Notes under the pieces: model-generated
What the model was told of the DNA's origin: nothing
What the model saw: the letters and a program-made list of their open reading frames with translations, nothing else
Database searches by the model: none
Part shown: piece after piece, positions 35,396 to 45,153 of the stretch
Position numbering within the stretch: the first letter of the stretch is position 1
Layout of the letters: every line of letters starts with the position of its first letter
Program-made: the position numbers and the translations under genes
IMG/VR virus record: IMGVR_UViG_3300031994_000044
Location: 1-64,000 of that record
Strand: one strand, 5' to 3'
DNA: 64,000 bases
From: a virus
Taxonomy: Duplodnaviria; Caudoviricetes

Positions 35396-35818
35396 TCACT
35401 CTTCTTCATCGCCATCTATCCAATATAAACTATCATCAGAAATGACTAATTCTTCCCATTCACCATTGGTGAACTTATATGTTTTGCCGTCTTTGGTTGT
35501 AGTCATGAAACCATCATCAATTAAATAATGTTTTTCTTGTGTTTGTGTATTGGTAGAAGTACACACCTCTTTCAATTCATCCAAATCTTCTTTGTCATTA
35601 AATGAAGGAATATTTTTTAATCTCCAATTTGATTTAGCCGTTCCATTTATAAGCCAAAAATCGCCTGATTGGTTATTATATAGATTCAATACAGTAACCG
35701 TTAATCCTTTAAATCTTTCTGCGGTTGCTATATTCAACAAATCGTCTTTAGTATTAACTGTTATTTTTTTATCTACATAACCTTCTCTATATTTTAATTG
35801 TTCAACAATATTTCCCAT
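35396..35818 (-). CDS. hypothetical structural protein
   Basis: 140 aa. Confidence 0.7.
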   Translation of the reverse strand: MGNIVEQLKYREGYVDKKITVNTKDDLLNIATAERFKGLTVTVLNLYNNQSGDFWLINGTAKSNWRLKNIPSFNDKEDLDELKEVCTSTNTQTQEKHYLIDDGFMTTTKDGKTYKFTNGEWEELVISDDSLYWIDGDEEE

Positions 35819-35833
35819 TGTGATATATTTTTA

Positions 35834-36493
35834 TTATTTTTTTATCATTTTAAATGTAAGTGTAAAATCATCATCATCTACCACATCAGAATCATAAAAT
35901 CTATATTTACCTTCATTCTTATCAAAGAATGATACTGCATATGTTTTTCCGCTAATTATGGTTGTTCCACTGGTATTAAGGCTAAAGGGCGTAAAACCAT
36001 CAAAAAGCTGTGTTGTATAATTATCAGATATTTCTTGCGGAATGTAGGCTTTAAATGTATAATGCCCGGCTGTTTCTATATATTCTTCTGTCCAAGTGTT
36101 AAAATCTGCTTCGCTAATTTCTACATTATCAAATAGTGCCGCTTCTTCTTGCCATTCAGGTGAAATTTTTGTTTTAAAATCAAAGGCATAACCATCTTCA
36201 TCTGTTACATCTTCAAGTGAAACTTCATTTAGGCTTTCTGCTTCATCAATTCTATTAAATGAATAATATACCACAGTATCCCCTGACGGTGTTGGTCCTG
36301 GAGGCGTTGGTGTATCACCGCTAATAGCGATAACTGTCATTGGTTTCATATAATCTTCAATAGGTAAATCACACAAATCGAGTACTTTACCGCACCAATG
36401 ATACATGGTTTCTATTCTATTATCTTCTTCAAGGGTGAGACCACTTTCAGGTCTTATTGCCATTTCCCTTGGGTCATTTATATAATCTAACAT
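35834..36493 (-). CDS. hypothetical acidic protein with Pro linker
   Basis: 219 aa, TPTPPGPTP; late-type motif upstream. Confidence 0.75.
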   Translation of the reverse strand: MLDYINDPREMAIRPESGLTLEEDNRIETMYHWCGKVLDLCDLPIEDYMKPMTVIAISGDTPTPPGPTPSGDTVVYYSFNRIDEAESLNEVSLEDVTDEDGYAFDFKTKISPEWQEEAALFDNVEISEADFNTWTEEYIETAGHYTFKAYIPQEISDNYTTQLFDGFTPFSLNTSGTTIISGKTYAVSFFDKNEGKYRFYDSDVVDDDDFTLTFKMIKK

Positions 36494-36597
36494 GAGTCCG
36501 TTTTAACATTATTATTTTCCATAAATAGTCGCTAAAAATAAAAAAAAAACATACATTTCCATGTATGTTTTGAATAATTGTTTTTCATAAGTTTTTT

Positions 36598-36846
36598 TTA
36601 AGAAAATGAAAATAAATTTTTAATTTTTTCAAAAAATGTTTGTGATTTTTCTTCTTTTTCCACTGTTTTTGCTATTTCTTCTACCTTTTTTGGATTTTGT
36701 GTTTCTTTAAAGTAATTATCAATTTCGGGGCCATATTTTTCCGTTAATTTTTCTTTAAACTCTTTCTTCACAGATTCCATTTCTATTTCAAAAGCCTTTG
36801 AATCAGCTTTTAATTCATTTAATTCTTTATTACTTAGATAATCCAT
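36598..36846 (-). CDS. hypothetical protein
   Basis: 82 aa. Confidence 0.65.
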   Translation of the reverse strand: MDYLSNKELNELKADSKAFEIEMESVKKEFKEKLTEKYGPEIDNYFKETQNPKKVEEIAKTVEKEEKSQTFFEKIKNLFSFS

Positions 36847-37250
36847 TAGTGCACTTCGATTTCATCTTCATTTGTTATTTGTTCTTGCTGACCGCCGCCT
36901 AAATTTTCAAAAAAACTTTCAATATTATGTATAAACCATACAATGCCTGAAGTAAAACAGCAATCCAATATCAATGCAAGCCACCATAAATTAGTTCCAA
37001 TAAGAAAGATATTGAATGGTGTGAAAGCGACAGATTCAACTAAAAACCAATCAATTAAACTTAAAATCCACCCTAAATTAGCAGGGAAACACATCATACA
37101 ACTAAATAACAATCCAAAATGTTCGGATATTTTATTTGACAAATTCCTGATGTGTTCAAAAATTTTAAAAGGACCGCTACCGAACACCATCATATTGGAT
37201 AATCCATATGCTGCCACACAGTACAAAAATATAATTAAAGAATTACTCAT
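36846..37250 (-). CDS. membrane protein (DUF1360-like CxxC)
   Basis: LFSCMMCF, three hydrophobic segments. Confidence 0.65.
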   Translation of the reverse strand: MSNSLIIFLYCVAAYGLSNMMVFGSGPFKIFEHIRNLSNKISEHFGLLFSCMMCFPANLGWILSLIDWFLVESVAFTPFNIFLIGTNLWWLALILDCCFTSGIVWFIHNIESFFENLGGGQQEQITNEDEIEVH

Positions 37251-37704
37251 CTATCGTGCTTTTATCTTCTTTATTTTTTTCTTCTTTTTTTCCTTTTGAT
37301 GTTATCACTTGATTTATTATATCCGATTTTTTTTTATCATATGAAAAAGTCAAAGTTCTTAATTCTTCAATCGAAACCTCTTCATTTCTAAAAAGGGTTT
37401 GCAATTCTGTTACTTTTTTAGTTAAGAGCTGTGCACGTTCTATTGCTTCTTTCATCTTTTCGATATTATAATCAATAGCATCAAATATTTTTTCTTCACC
37501 TATTTCGATATCAGCACAAAAATAATACTCATTACCATTCTTGGCAATTGTTATATCATATTTTTTTTCTAAATCATCATCAATAACCCATCCATTGGGA
37601 AATGAAACAATCACATAAACAACTTGTGTGCCATCTTCAGTATTGGTGACTTGCATTCCCTTAAAATATTGGGATATTTTCTTAATTCGGTCTTTAATAT
37701 TCAT
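37243..37704 (-). CDS. hypothetical protein
   Basis: Start moved to MNIKDRIK. Confidence 0.75.
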   Translation of the reverse strand: MNIKDRIKKISQYFKGMQVTNTEDGTQVVYVIVSFPNGWVIDDDLEKKYDITIAKNGNEYYFCADIEIGEEKIFDAIDYNIEKMKEAIERAQLLTKKVTELQTLFRNEEVSIEELRTLTFSYDKKKSDIINQVITSKGKKEEKNKEDKSTIDE

Positions 37705-37809
37705 ATTAAAATAAAATTTACATAAATTTAATTCAAAAAACAATAAAATCAATAAAAAAAGCCGCTTTATTGCGGCTTTGTTGTATTTTTATATCTTTCT
37801 TTTACTGCT

Positions 37810-38502
37810 TTATTCATTATTAAATAAACCCGCCAATACTGAATTATACTTTATCATTATTTTTTGTATTTCCTCACGGCTTGGTATTTGGTCTCTTGAT
37901 GTATAGACAGCGCCGATAACGCCTGAAGGATTATAAGTGCCATACATCATAATAGCGGCCATATATTCAACATCTTCATTCTTTAACCTATAATAAAGTT
38001 CGGGGTCTAAAGTTTCCAAATAGTTAATCGATTCTGCATAAAAGGTTTTTTGGTATAATTCAGTTGCCCATGGATATCTTGATAATCTGACATTTTTATA
38101 TTCACTTTCAAGCCATTGATATGCACTTTTGGGCTCTGCATAGGTTAAATCAACATATAAGAACGGCAAGCCAGCTAAATTACTGCCGCCATTATGCGTT
38201 TCAAGGATATAAACTCTATCGGCTTTTAATTCGCTTTTAAGTTTAACCAAATTTTCTCTAATTGCAGGCTCGTTATTCATACGTTTCATTACTGATTCAG
38301 TATGACGTTCATTTACTATTTTTTCGAATTTTTCAACAAGACCTTCAGGATTAAAGACAAATTCACCTATGACAGATACGACAAAAATCATCATAAGTGT
38401 AATCAAAAGGTTTTGAATACCGATTTTTTTAATGAATCCAAACACTTTTTCAGCCCATGTTAACGTGGTGTTAACTTGTTCAATTTTTTTCTCGTTTTCC
38501 AT
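37810..38502 (-). CDS. single-TM protein with soluble C-domain, possible T4-type holin
   Basis: N-terminal TM, then DRVYILETHNG domain. Confidence 0.45.
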   Translation of the reverse strand: MENEKKIEQVNTTLTWAEKVFGFIKKIGIQNLLITLMMIFVVSVIGEFVFNPEGLVEKFEKIVNERHTESVMKRMNNEPAIRENLVKLKSELKADRVYILETHNGGSNLAGLPFLYVDLTYAEPKSAYQWLESEYKNVRLSRYPWATELYQKTFYAESINYLETLDPELYYRLKNEDVEYMAAIMMYGTYNPSGVIGAVYTSRDQIPSREEIQKIMIKYNSVLAGLFNNE

Positions 38503-38517
38503 TTTTTTGATTTAACC

Positions 38518-39405
38518 TTATTTTATTATTTTTCTTGCATTTGCCAAGGTTAAATTAAAGTTTTCGCTTTCATTTAGTCTTGAGTCCAATGTTGTTTTTG
38601 AATCTGATGAAGTATAGTTATATAACTTTTTCATTTCTTCAATTGATTCGTTAAAACCTTGTTTATTGGTGTGGCCAATAATATTACCTTTGTTGTTTCT
38701 CCATTCTACAAGGTATTCATTTCCTGTTTTATCTTTCATTTTGAAAGTATTACCTTCATTCTTAAATTCGTCAGGAATACGCGAAAACATATGTTCTTCA
38801 GTCAAAAAAGCAGTCTTTTTAAAATAAACTGTCTTAACATTTTTGGTTTCATTTATTGGTGTTTGATTTTTTTCAAAATTTGCCAATCTGTCAATCATCT
38901 GCCTCATATCATAACCTGATTTGCTTTCATACATCTCATTCTCGCTATAAGGCTTAGGGTTTTCGTCTCTTACTTGAACCTTTGTGAATTTATATTCGTC
39001 TTCAGCCTTGTGAATTTTTTTACCAGAGTCTTTAATGCCATCGTAAATGTTTTCATTATTTGAAAAATCACCCGTTTTTTCAATGCCATTGTTCATTTCC
39101 TGTTCTGATGTATAGCCTTTTACTTGGGCTTTTACTCTTTTTTTGTAATCGTCATTTACATTTTCAGGTGTGTAGTCCAAAGTGGTTTTATTAGCGTCAT
39201 TTTTTTCAAATTTCACTCTTTTGCCACCAATTTCATCTTCAAGGCCTCCATCATAATCTTTGGCTCTTTTTTTAGCCTCACTGTAAGCCTTGCCGTTGAT
39301 TGACTTATTATCCTTTTCAACATTCGGTCCTAAAACAGCCTTAAACTCATTTGAACTTTCAGATATAAGTCTTTTTAACGCTTTAACAGTAATTGTCTTT
39401 TCCAT
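38518..39405 (-). CDS. hypothetical (probable head-associated) protein
   Basis: 295 aa, repeated ISE/INE/LNE motifs. Confidence 0.75.
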   Translation of the reverse strand: MEKTITVKALKRLISESSNEFKAVLGPNVEKDNKSINGKAYSEAKKRAKDYDGGLEDEIGGKRVKFEKNDANKTTLDYTPENVNDDYKKRVKAQVKGYTSEQEMNNGIEKTGDFSNNENIYDGIKDSGKKIHKAEDEYKFTKVQVRDENPKPYSENEMYESKSGYDMRQMIDRLANFEKNQTPINETKNVKTVYFKKTAFLTEEHMFSRIPDEFKNEGNTFKMKDKTGNEYLVEWRNNKGNIIGHTNKQGFNESIEEMKKLYNYTSSDSKTTLDSRLNESENFNLTLANARKIIK

Positions 39406-39434
39406 TTTATATCTTTTTATTATATGTTATTAAT

Positions 39435-39505
39435 GTCAACTACCCACGAATAAATTCGTAAGCTTGAGCAAAAGCATTAAGCCTTTGACAAGGCGTGTTG
39501 ACCAA
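39435..39505 (+). mobile_element. IS200/IS605 (IscB omega-RNA/HEARO-like) end remnant
   Basis: GTCAACTACCCACGAATAAATTCGTAAGCTTG...GTTGACCA. Confidence 0.6.
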
Positions 39506-39559
39506 CACTCTTATATCATCTGTGGTTATAACCACATTTGACTTACTTTTGCATATTTT

Positions 39560-39760
39560 CTAATATGGATAAAATCCACCTCTTATTTGCCCTATAAAAC
39601 CAGCGTTGAGATTAAAACCTAAACACATTTGCTGCATTAAAAGTTTTTCTCTTTCTTCTGGATTTTTTTCTTTTTTTAATTTTTCATTTACATTTTTAAT
39701 TTCATTCAATACTTTTGAATCAAATCCGTTGTTAAATCTATCGGGATATGTATACATCAC
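39560..39760 (-). CDS. hypothetical protein
   Basis: 66 aa, coupled to upstream gene. Confidence 0.65.
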   Translation of the reverse strand: MMYTYPDRFNNGFDSKVLNEIKNVNEKLKKEKNPEEREKLLMQQMCLGFNLNAGFIGQIRGGFYPY

Positions 39761-40857
39761 TCTTTTTCTCCATTAAAACTTTTTTTCATGATATCTTTAT
39801 GGTCCATTGCTTCACCATAAAAATCGTCATCGCCTTGCAATGGTACATCATATTGATAATTTCCAGCACTACTTGTTGCAGTTGCTTCTTTTATGTAATC
39901 AATTTGTTCTTGTGTTAAATATAAACTTTTTCTCTTTATTGGTTTACCAAATAAAGGTGTTGTATATTGTCCACTACTTTGCGCATTTGTAGCACCCGCA
40001 ACGCCATCCATTGCTCCACCACCAATGGCACCACCTTCTCCGTCTTCATTTATCGCCCTGAATTTATCTTTTTGTCCATAGGTATCAGCCCCATTATTGA
40101 ATTTCATCGGTTCATTACTTGTGCCGTTCATAATATCTTTTTGATATTTAAGTAATGATACTTCTTTAAATATCTTTTTTATACTTGATTTAATCTTTTT
40201 GGGCTCATCCCACACAGAAGTAAAATTTTCATTAGTATATAGCATATTTAATGCATTTTCGACTAAATTTATTGCATACGTGTAATTGTCAGTTAGTTGG
40301 ATTTCATCATCTTTATATTTTTTTAAAAAATCAACTAAAACCCCTACATGTGCCCATAAATTATCAGCGTCCATATTTCCGTTGCCATACAATAAATTTG
40401 AAACTTTAGAACATAGTACATTAAGTGAAATTTTTGCAAATTCACTTTGAAAATCAAGTGCAGAATCATTATCTAGAATATCATATCCCCAAGCACCCTC
40501 TGTTAAATTTAAATTTTCATTTATTATGTTTTGTTCAAATAAATTAATATAAAGATTTCTTAATTTTTTCTTAAAGTCTTTTCTCGGTATTTTATAACTT
40601 ATTTCAAAAGTGTCTTTATTGCGTTTTCCGTTCTCGTCATAGCCATTGTCCTTGATTCTTTCTTTTCTAATCATAATGGCGCTATATTCATCATTCGGGT
40701 CAGTTCTTTTAATAAGCATTTTAACTGCCGTTGGACCATCTATGCCAAATCCATGCAAAAAATCATCTGTATCCGCTTGTAGGGGATTTCTCAATAATTG
40801 CTTCATGTAATCTTTCATATGCTCCATAAAAGCATATCTTGTCATTTCTTTGTCCAT
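39757..40857 (-). CDS. multi-segment protein with internal DUF4259-like domain
   Basis: GAWGYDILDNDSALDF. Confidence 0.7.
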   Translation of the reverse strand: MDKEMTRYAFMEHMKDYMKQLLRNPLQADTDDFLHGFGIDGPTAVKMLIKRTDPNDEYSAIMIRKERIKDNGYDENGKRNKDTFEISYKIPRKDFKKKLRNLYINLFEQNIINENLNLTEGAWGYDILDNDSALDFQSEFAKISLNVLCSKVSNLLYGNGNMDADNLWAHVGVLVDFLKKYKDDEIQLTDNYTYAINLVENALNMLYTNENFTSVWDEPKKIKSSIKKIFKEVSLLKYQKDIMNGTSNEPMKFNNGADTYGQKDKFRAINEDGEGGAIGGGAMDGVAGATNAQSSGQYTTPLFGKPIKRKSLYLTQEQIDYIKEATATSSAGNYQYDVPLQGDDDFYGEAMDHKDIMKKSFNGEKE

Positions 40858-40859
40858 AA

Positions 40860-41108
40860 TTATCCTCGTTTTATTTCATCTTCATAAAAATTACGGCGTT
40901 GCCATAATGTCTTAAATAATGTATTCACTGATGCAGCGACAATTGTGCGCACCTTCTTCTCCAAATCTTTCTTAACACTACTGTCATTTTTCAGCACATT
41001 TTTAACAATAGCAACAATCTCGCTATTGCTCAACCCGCTTTCCTCCAATAACTGTTCTGCTATCAGATTTCGCATCATTTGTTCGCTTATTATAACTTTT
41101 TTTGCCAT
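40860..41108 (-). CDS. hypothetical protein
   Basis: 82 aa, KVIISEQMMRNLI motif. Confidence 0.75.
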   Translation of the reverse strand: MAKKVIISEQMMRNLIAEQLLEESGLSNSEIVAIVKNVLKNDSSVKKDLEKKVRTIVAASVNTLFKTLWQRRNFYEDEIKRG

Positions 41109-41201
41109 ATTAATGCATATTTATTCACTTATAAATAGTTAGAAAAAAATAAAAAGTCGGCCTGTTTAAAACCGACTTTAATACAATGACCACAAAAATG
41201 A

Positions 41202-41723
41202 TTAATCTTCTTTGATGTGTTTCGCCATTTGTTCAAGTGTTGAAGATTCCATATTCCATTGTTCTTTCCAATTTTGATAAAATCCATGTAATTTATTGAG
41301 GATTTCAAGATTTTTATCATTAAGAATAAGGCCATTTGTAGTTAAGAAACAGCCATCACCAGTATTGGTTCTTAATTTAAATTGGAATTTAAGATTGTTC
41401 AAACATGGAATTACACCACTGAATATTAGATTATTTTCATTAGGCATATAAATCAATGGTGATTCGCTGACACTGTTTTCGTTTGGTTTTGAAAACTGTG
41501 CACCACTTTCAACAGATGTCCTAAATTGCTGTATTTGGTTTGTTAAAGTGTTTTGTCCAAATATAGGGTCATCTGTTATAGCAATACCGTCAGCAGCCGT
41601 CTTATCATTTCTTTCCTGCTCTTCTTTGAGTATTCTTTTCTTGTTGATACTTGCTTCTTCCAATGTTCTTAATTTGTCAAGTATTTGTCTTGTATAATCA
41701 ATATTTTCAACTTTTTTTGCCAT
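41202..41723 (-). CDS. hypothetical protein
   Basis: 173 aa. Confidence 0.75.
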   Translation of the reverse strand: MAKKVENIDYTRQILDKLRTLEEASINKKRILKEEQERNDKTAADGIAITDDPIFGQNTLTNQIQQFRTSVESGAQFSKPNENSVSESPLIYMPNENNLIFSGVIPCLNNLKFQFKLRTNTGDGCFLTTNGLILNDKNLEILNKLHGFYQNWKEQWNMESSTLEQMAKHIKED

Positions 41724-41725
41724 AA

Positions 41726-42211
41726 TTAAAAATCATATCCCATTCCATTCCACCAAGAAGTAATGTTACCTATATTATTTCTGTTGGCTTTGATTATTTT
41801 TTCAACATCTTTTTTTAGTTTTTCTGTACGCTTTATTTCATCTTCAATAATTTTTTTGGCGTTTTCAGGATGTTGCTCTATTTTTTTATTAAATTCTTTT
41901 TGTGCATTTTCAAAATCGTTGATTTTATCAGAAATTTCTTTTAAACCTTCCATTGCTGTTTGGTCTAATTGATTTTGTTCTTCTTCAACTGTGTCGTTAA
42001 TGTTAACATCAACTTGATTAATAGCGGTTTCTACATCATTAACATTTACATCAATATCGGAAATATCTTGTACTACTCCGTTTTTTTCTATTTCTTCTAT
42101 TTTTTGTTCTATTTGTTCTTGCATGATAGCAAGTTTTTCAGCCTCTTTTGTATCTTTTTTTGCCTTTTTGGTTTTTGGCTCAGCCGTCTCGTTCTTATTT
42201 TGTTTTGCCAT
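41726..42211 (-). CDS. coiled-coil hypothetical protein
   Basis: 161 aa, C-terminal WNG motif. Confidence 0.75.
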   Translation of the reverse strand: MAKQNKNETAEPKTKKAKKDTKEAEKLAIMQEQIEQKIEEIEKNGVVQDISDIDVNVNDVETAINQVDVNINDTVEEEQNQLDQTAMEGLKEISDKINDFENAQKEFNKKIEQHPENAKKIIEDEIKRTEKLKKDVEKIIKANRNNIGNITSWWNGMGYDF

Positions 42212-42266
42212 GTTTAATAATTTTAATAAATATAAGTTTTATTAAAAAATTGTCAAGAACAAATGA

Positions 42267-42671
42267 TTATCCAATAGTTCTTTTCCTAATTCTATCGTTT
42301 TTTTGCTTTTCCTGTCTAATGTTTTCTTTAAGTATTCTTTTTACCGTTTCCATGACAATTTGTCTTAATTGACTTTCGTTAATGGTAATTTTATTGGATT
42401 TTTTCCTTTCAATTAAAAAATTTAATTTTTTTGAATTTTCTTTGAAGAAATAGTCAAAGCAACTATCTATTAATTTTTCATTAGTCGCTGGATATTTTTT
42501 CATTAGTATATTTATATATGGTTTGGTTAGGTTAATAATTTCTTCTTTTGTATAAGGTTTCCCTTCGTCTTCTTTACTTCTAACACATGAGCCAATCATT
42601 CTAGTTATTTGTTTAGCTATTTTTGATATCATGTATTTCCCTTTATTGTATTTAAACTCTTCATTTATCAT
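42267..42671 (-). CDS. hypothetical protein
   Basis: C-terminal ITINESQLRQIVMETVKRILKE motif. Confidence 0.7.
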   Translation of the reverse strand: MINEEFKYNKGKYMISKIAKQITRMIGSCVRSKEDEGKPYTKEEIINLTKPYINILMKKYPATNEKLIDSCFDYFFKENSKKLNFLIERKKSNKITINESQLRQIVMETVKRILKENIRQEKQKNDRIRKRTIG

Positions 42672-42742
42672 AAGACATTATTTTTATAATAAATAGTATG
42701 GATAACAAAAAAGCACACCTTTTCAGATGTGCTTTAAATACT

Positions 42743-43492
42743 TTAGGCATTGTAAAATCTAACATTCCCTTCTTCATCTTCGTATATTACCAAAAAGGTA
42801 AATATGGCTTCAATATTATCTATTGTCGTTTTATGAAGATGCAATTCGTCTAAATCCATAAAATATTTTATTGCCAATTCTTTTATATTAAACATCAACC
42901 TAAGACGGTCTTCTCCTGAAACGTTTTTTGTGTCATTATTTGAAACATGTATTAAAAACAAACGATTATTAATTGAATATCTTCCTTTTTTATTTTTAAA
43001 GCCACTTTGTCTTTTATACATATTTTCTCCAAGTGTTTGAAAATCTTCATATGTTACTTCATTTTTAATAATTTTTTGTTTTAAGATAAAATCATCTTTA
43101 AATACTCTTGAAGATTTCAAGTCGAATTTAATGTTATGGGAAATAAAATCCCATCCTTTGGCTTTGCTAATCGGATTTGGTGACGCTCCATATTTTTGGA
43201 ATAGTAATTCATCAATTTGGCTAAATTTTACGACTAAACAACGTCTTGTTAAATATTTTGCGATTTCTTTTGCTTTTTCGGTGCCTTTTAAATTATTATC
43301 ATTAATGACTTTGATTAATCCTTTTTTAAGGCCATCATAAGTATTTATCTGAAAAACATCCAATAATGAATCATATGCTTCATTTTGTACTTCGCACCAT
43401 GGAAGTTGACCGTTATCTTTAGAAATAATACCATCAAATATTTTCTCAATGATTTCTTTACATCTGTTGATTTGACTTTCTAAGTCTAACAT
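42743..43492 (-). CDS. putative PD-(D/E)xK restriction endonuclease
   Basis: WDF...FDLKSS...NNRLFLIH; overlaps MTase 3' end; start moved to MLDLESQ. Confidence 0.55.
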   Translation of the reverse strand: MLDLESQINRCKEIIEKIFDGIISKDNGQLPWCEVQNEAYDSLLDVFQINTYDGLKKGLIKVINDNNLKGTEKAKEIAKYLTRRCLVVKFSQIDELLFQKYGASPNPISKAKGWDFISHNIKFDLKSSRVFKDDFILKQKIIKNEVTYEDFQTLGENMYKRQSGFKNKKGRYSINNRLFLIHVSNNDTKNVSGEDRLRLMFNIKELAIKYFMDLDELHLHKTTIDNIEAIFTFLVIYEDEEGNVRFYNA

Positions 43493-44423
43493 ACAATCTT
43501 CTGTACTTTTGGGTCCCATTGACAATATTGTCTTGATTACCCAATGGCCCATAATGGTCCAATTGAATCAATTCAAATTGAGATGGGTTATATTTTCCGA
43601 AGAATGAAATGGGAACTCCCATGTATCCATAATAATCGCACGGAATATCTTTCACCTTATCAACATTTATACAGTCTTCGTTAAGACCTGATATAGTTCT
43701 AAAATTATCATAAAAAGGATATGCTTCATTATTTGGCGTTCCGTCCTCGTTATAATAACTTTTCTTGAGTTTTATAAACGGTTTTTCTATATCTAAATGT
43801 AATGTTGTATACCAAACAACACCTGATACACGGATTTTTCCTTCTATATGTTCACCTGCTGTTGCAATATCTTGATAATCAGTAGGTACATCGAACCATC
43901 CTGCAATCCCTTTAAAACCATAATCAACAATAACACCATCGTCTTTAAGATGTGCAAAAACATCTTTACAAGAAATTGAATTTTGCTGACCAATGATTAA
44001 GAAATCTTTTTTCATTTCAATAAGTCCATTCAAAAAATCATTAAACAAACTAAAAGGCGGATTTGTGACTATAATATCGCTTAAAGAGGCTATCAGTCTA
44101 TAGCCGGATTTCATTATATCAACTTTTTCTATGACATTGCCATAACTATTAAGACTTACGGGTAATGTGTCTTTACCATTATAATAAGCAGCTTCTGTGT
44201 CAATAGAACTGTAAAATAATCCCTTTAATTTAAATTTTTCAAAATTATCAATAAAATATTGTACGAATTTCGAATTTCTATTGTCACAAGGGCAATAAAC
44301 CGTTTTTCCCTCAAATGCATGGAAAAATTTGTCACATTCGCTTTTTACATCTTCATATTGTGTGTAAAATTCGTCGTTTTTTTCTTTTCTTGCTTTAGTT
44401 AAATAATTGTTCTTTAATGCCAT
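43458..44423 (-). CDS. adenine-specific DNA methyltransferase, EcoRI family
   Basis: KNDEFYT, VYCPCD, DIIVTNPPFSLF, MGVPISF. Confidence 0.9.
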   Translation of the reverse strand: MALKNNYLTKARKEKNDEFYTQYEDVKSECDKFFHAFEGKTVYCPCDNRNSKFVQYFIDNFEKFKLKGLFYSSIDTEAAYYNGKDTLPVSLNSYGNVIEKVDIMKSGYRLIASLSDIIVTNPPFSLFNDFLNGLIEMKKDFLIIGQQNSISCKDVFAHLKDDGVIVDYGFKGIAGWFDVPTDYQDIATAGEHIEGKIRVSGVVWYTTLHLDIEKPFIKLKKSYYNEDGTPNNEAYPFYDNFRTISGLNEDCINVDKVKDIPCDYYGYMGVPISFFGKYNPSQFELIQLDHYGPLGNQDNIVNGTQKYRRLYVRLRKSNQQM

Positions 44424-44424
44424 G

Positions 44425-45129
44425 TTATTTTAATATTTCTGAAGTTATTGAATTTTTGAGAGCTTCTGTACGTAATTTCTTTAAAGCGCCTTCTTTTATT
44501 TGTCTTACTCTCTCTTTCGTTAATCCTAAATCCTTGCCGATTTCTTCTAAAGTTTTTTCTTTTTTCGAGTTAAAGCCAAAATAATTTGAAATAATTTTTT
44601 TCTCCCTTTCAGTTAACACATCCATTAATCGGCTTATAATTGACGCATCGTCATACATGTTTTCAAAATTATTTTCTTCAATGTATTCTTCAGGTGTTAT
44701 TTCGTTTTTATCAGAATCATAATCGTTTGCGCCAAAACTTTCAGAAGACAACTCTTCACCATTTATCAGATTTCGTTTCTTTAATGCCTCTAATATTGTT
44801 TGCCTAATCCACCATACGGAATAACTTATTGTTTTATAACCCATTTTATGGTCGAACTTATCTATTGCCTTTATCAATCCAATATTACCTTCAGCAATTA
44901 AATCAGAATAAGAAAGTCCCATACCAATATAAGGTTTCGCTACTGAAGCAACAAATTTTAAATTTGATTTAATAATTTTATCTCGTGCGGTCAAATCATT
45001 TTCTTTTTTATATTTTTCCCATAAAGAAAACTCTTCTTCCCTCGATAATGGTGATAACTTATTCAATTCTTTAAAATAGTCGAATGCACTTCGGTCAAAA
45101 TTTTCGACTGTTTTTTTTCTTTTACGCAT
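44425..45129 (-). CDS. phage RNA polymerase sigma70-family factor
   Basis: SNLKFVASVA, DLIAEGNIGLIKAIDKFD, WWIRQ, TLEEIG...LTKERVRQI. Confidence 0.93.
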   Translation of the reverse strand: MRKRKKTVENFDRSAFDYFKELNKLSPLSREEEFSLWEKYKKENDLTARDKIIKSNLKFVASVAKPYIGMGLSYSDLIAEGNIGLIKAIDKFDHKMGYKTISYSVWWIRQTILEALKKRNLINGEELSSESFGANDYDSDKNEITPEEYIEENNFENMYDDASIISRLMDVLTEREKKIISNYFGFNSKKEKTLEEIGKDLGLTKERVRQIKEGALKKLRTEALKNSITSEILK

Positions 45130-45153
45130 TTTTCCATGTTAATTATTTTTAAG

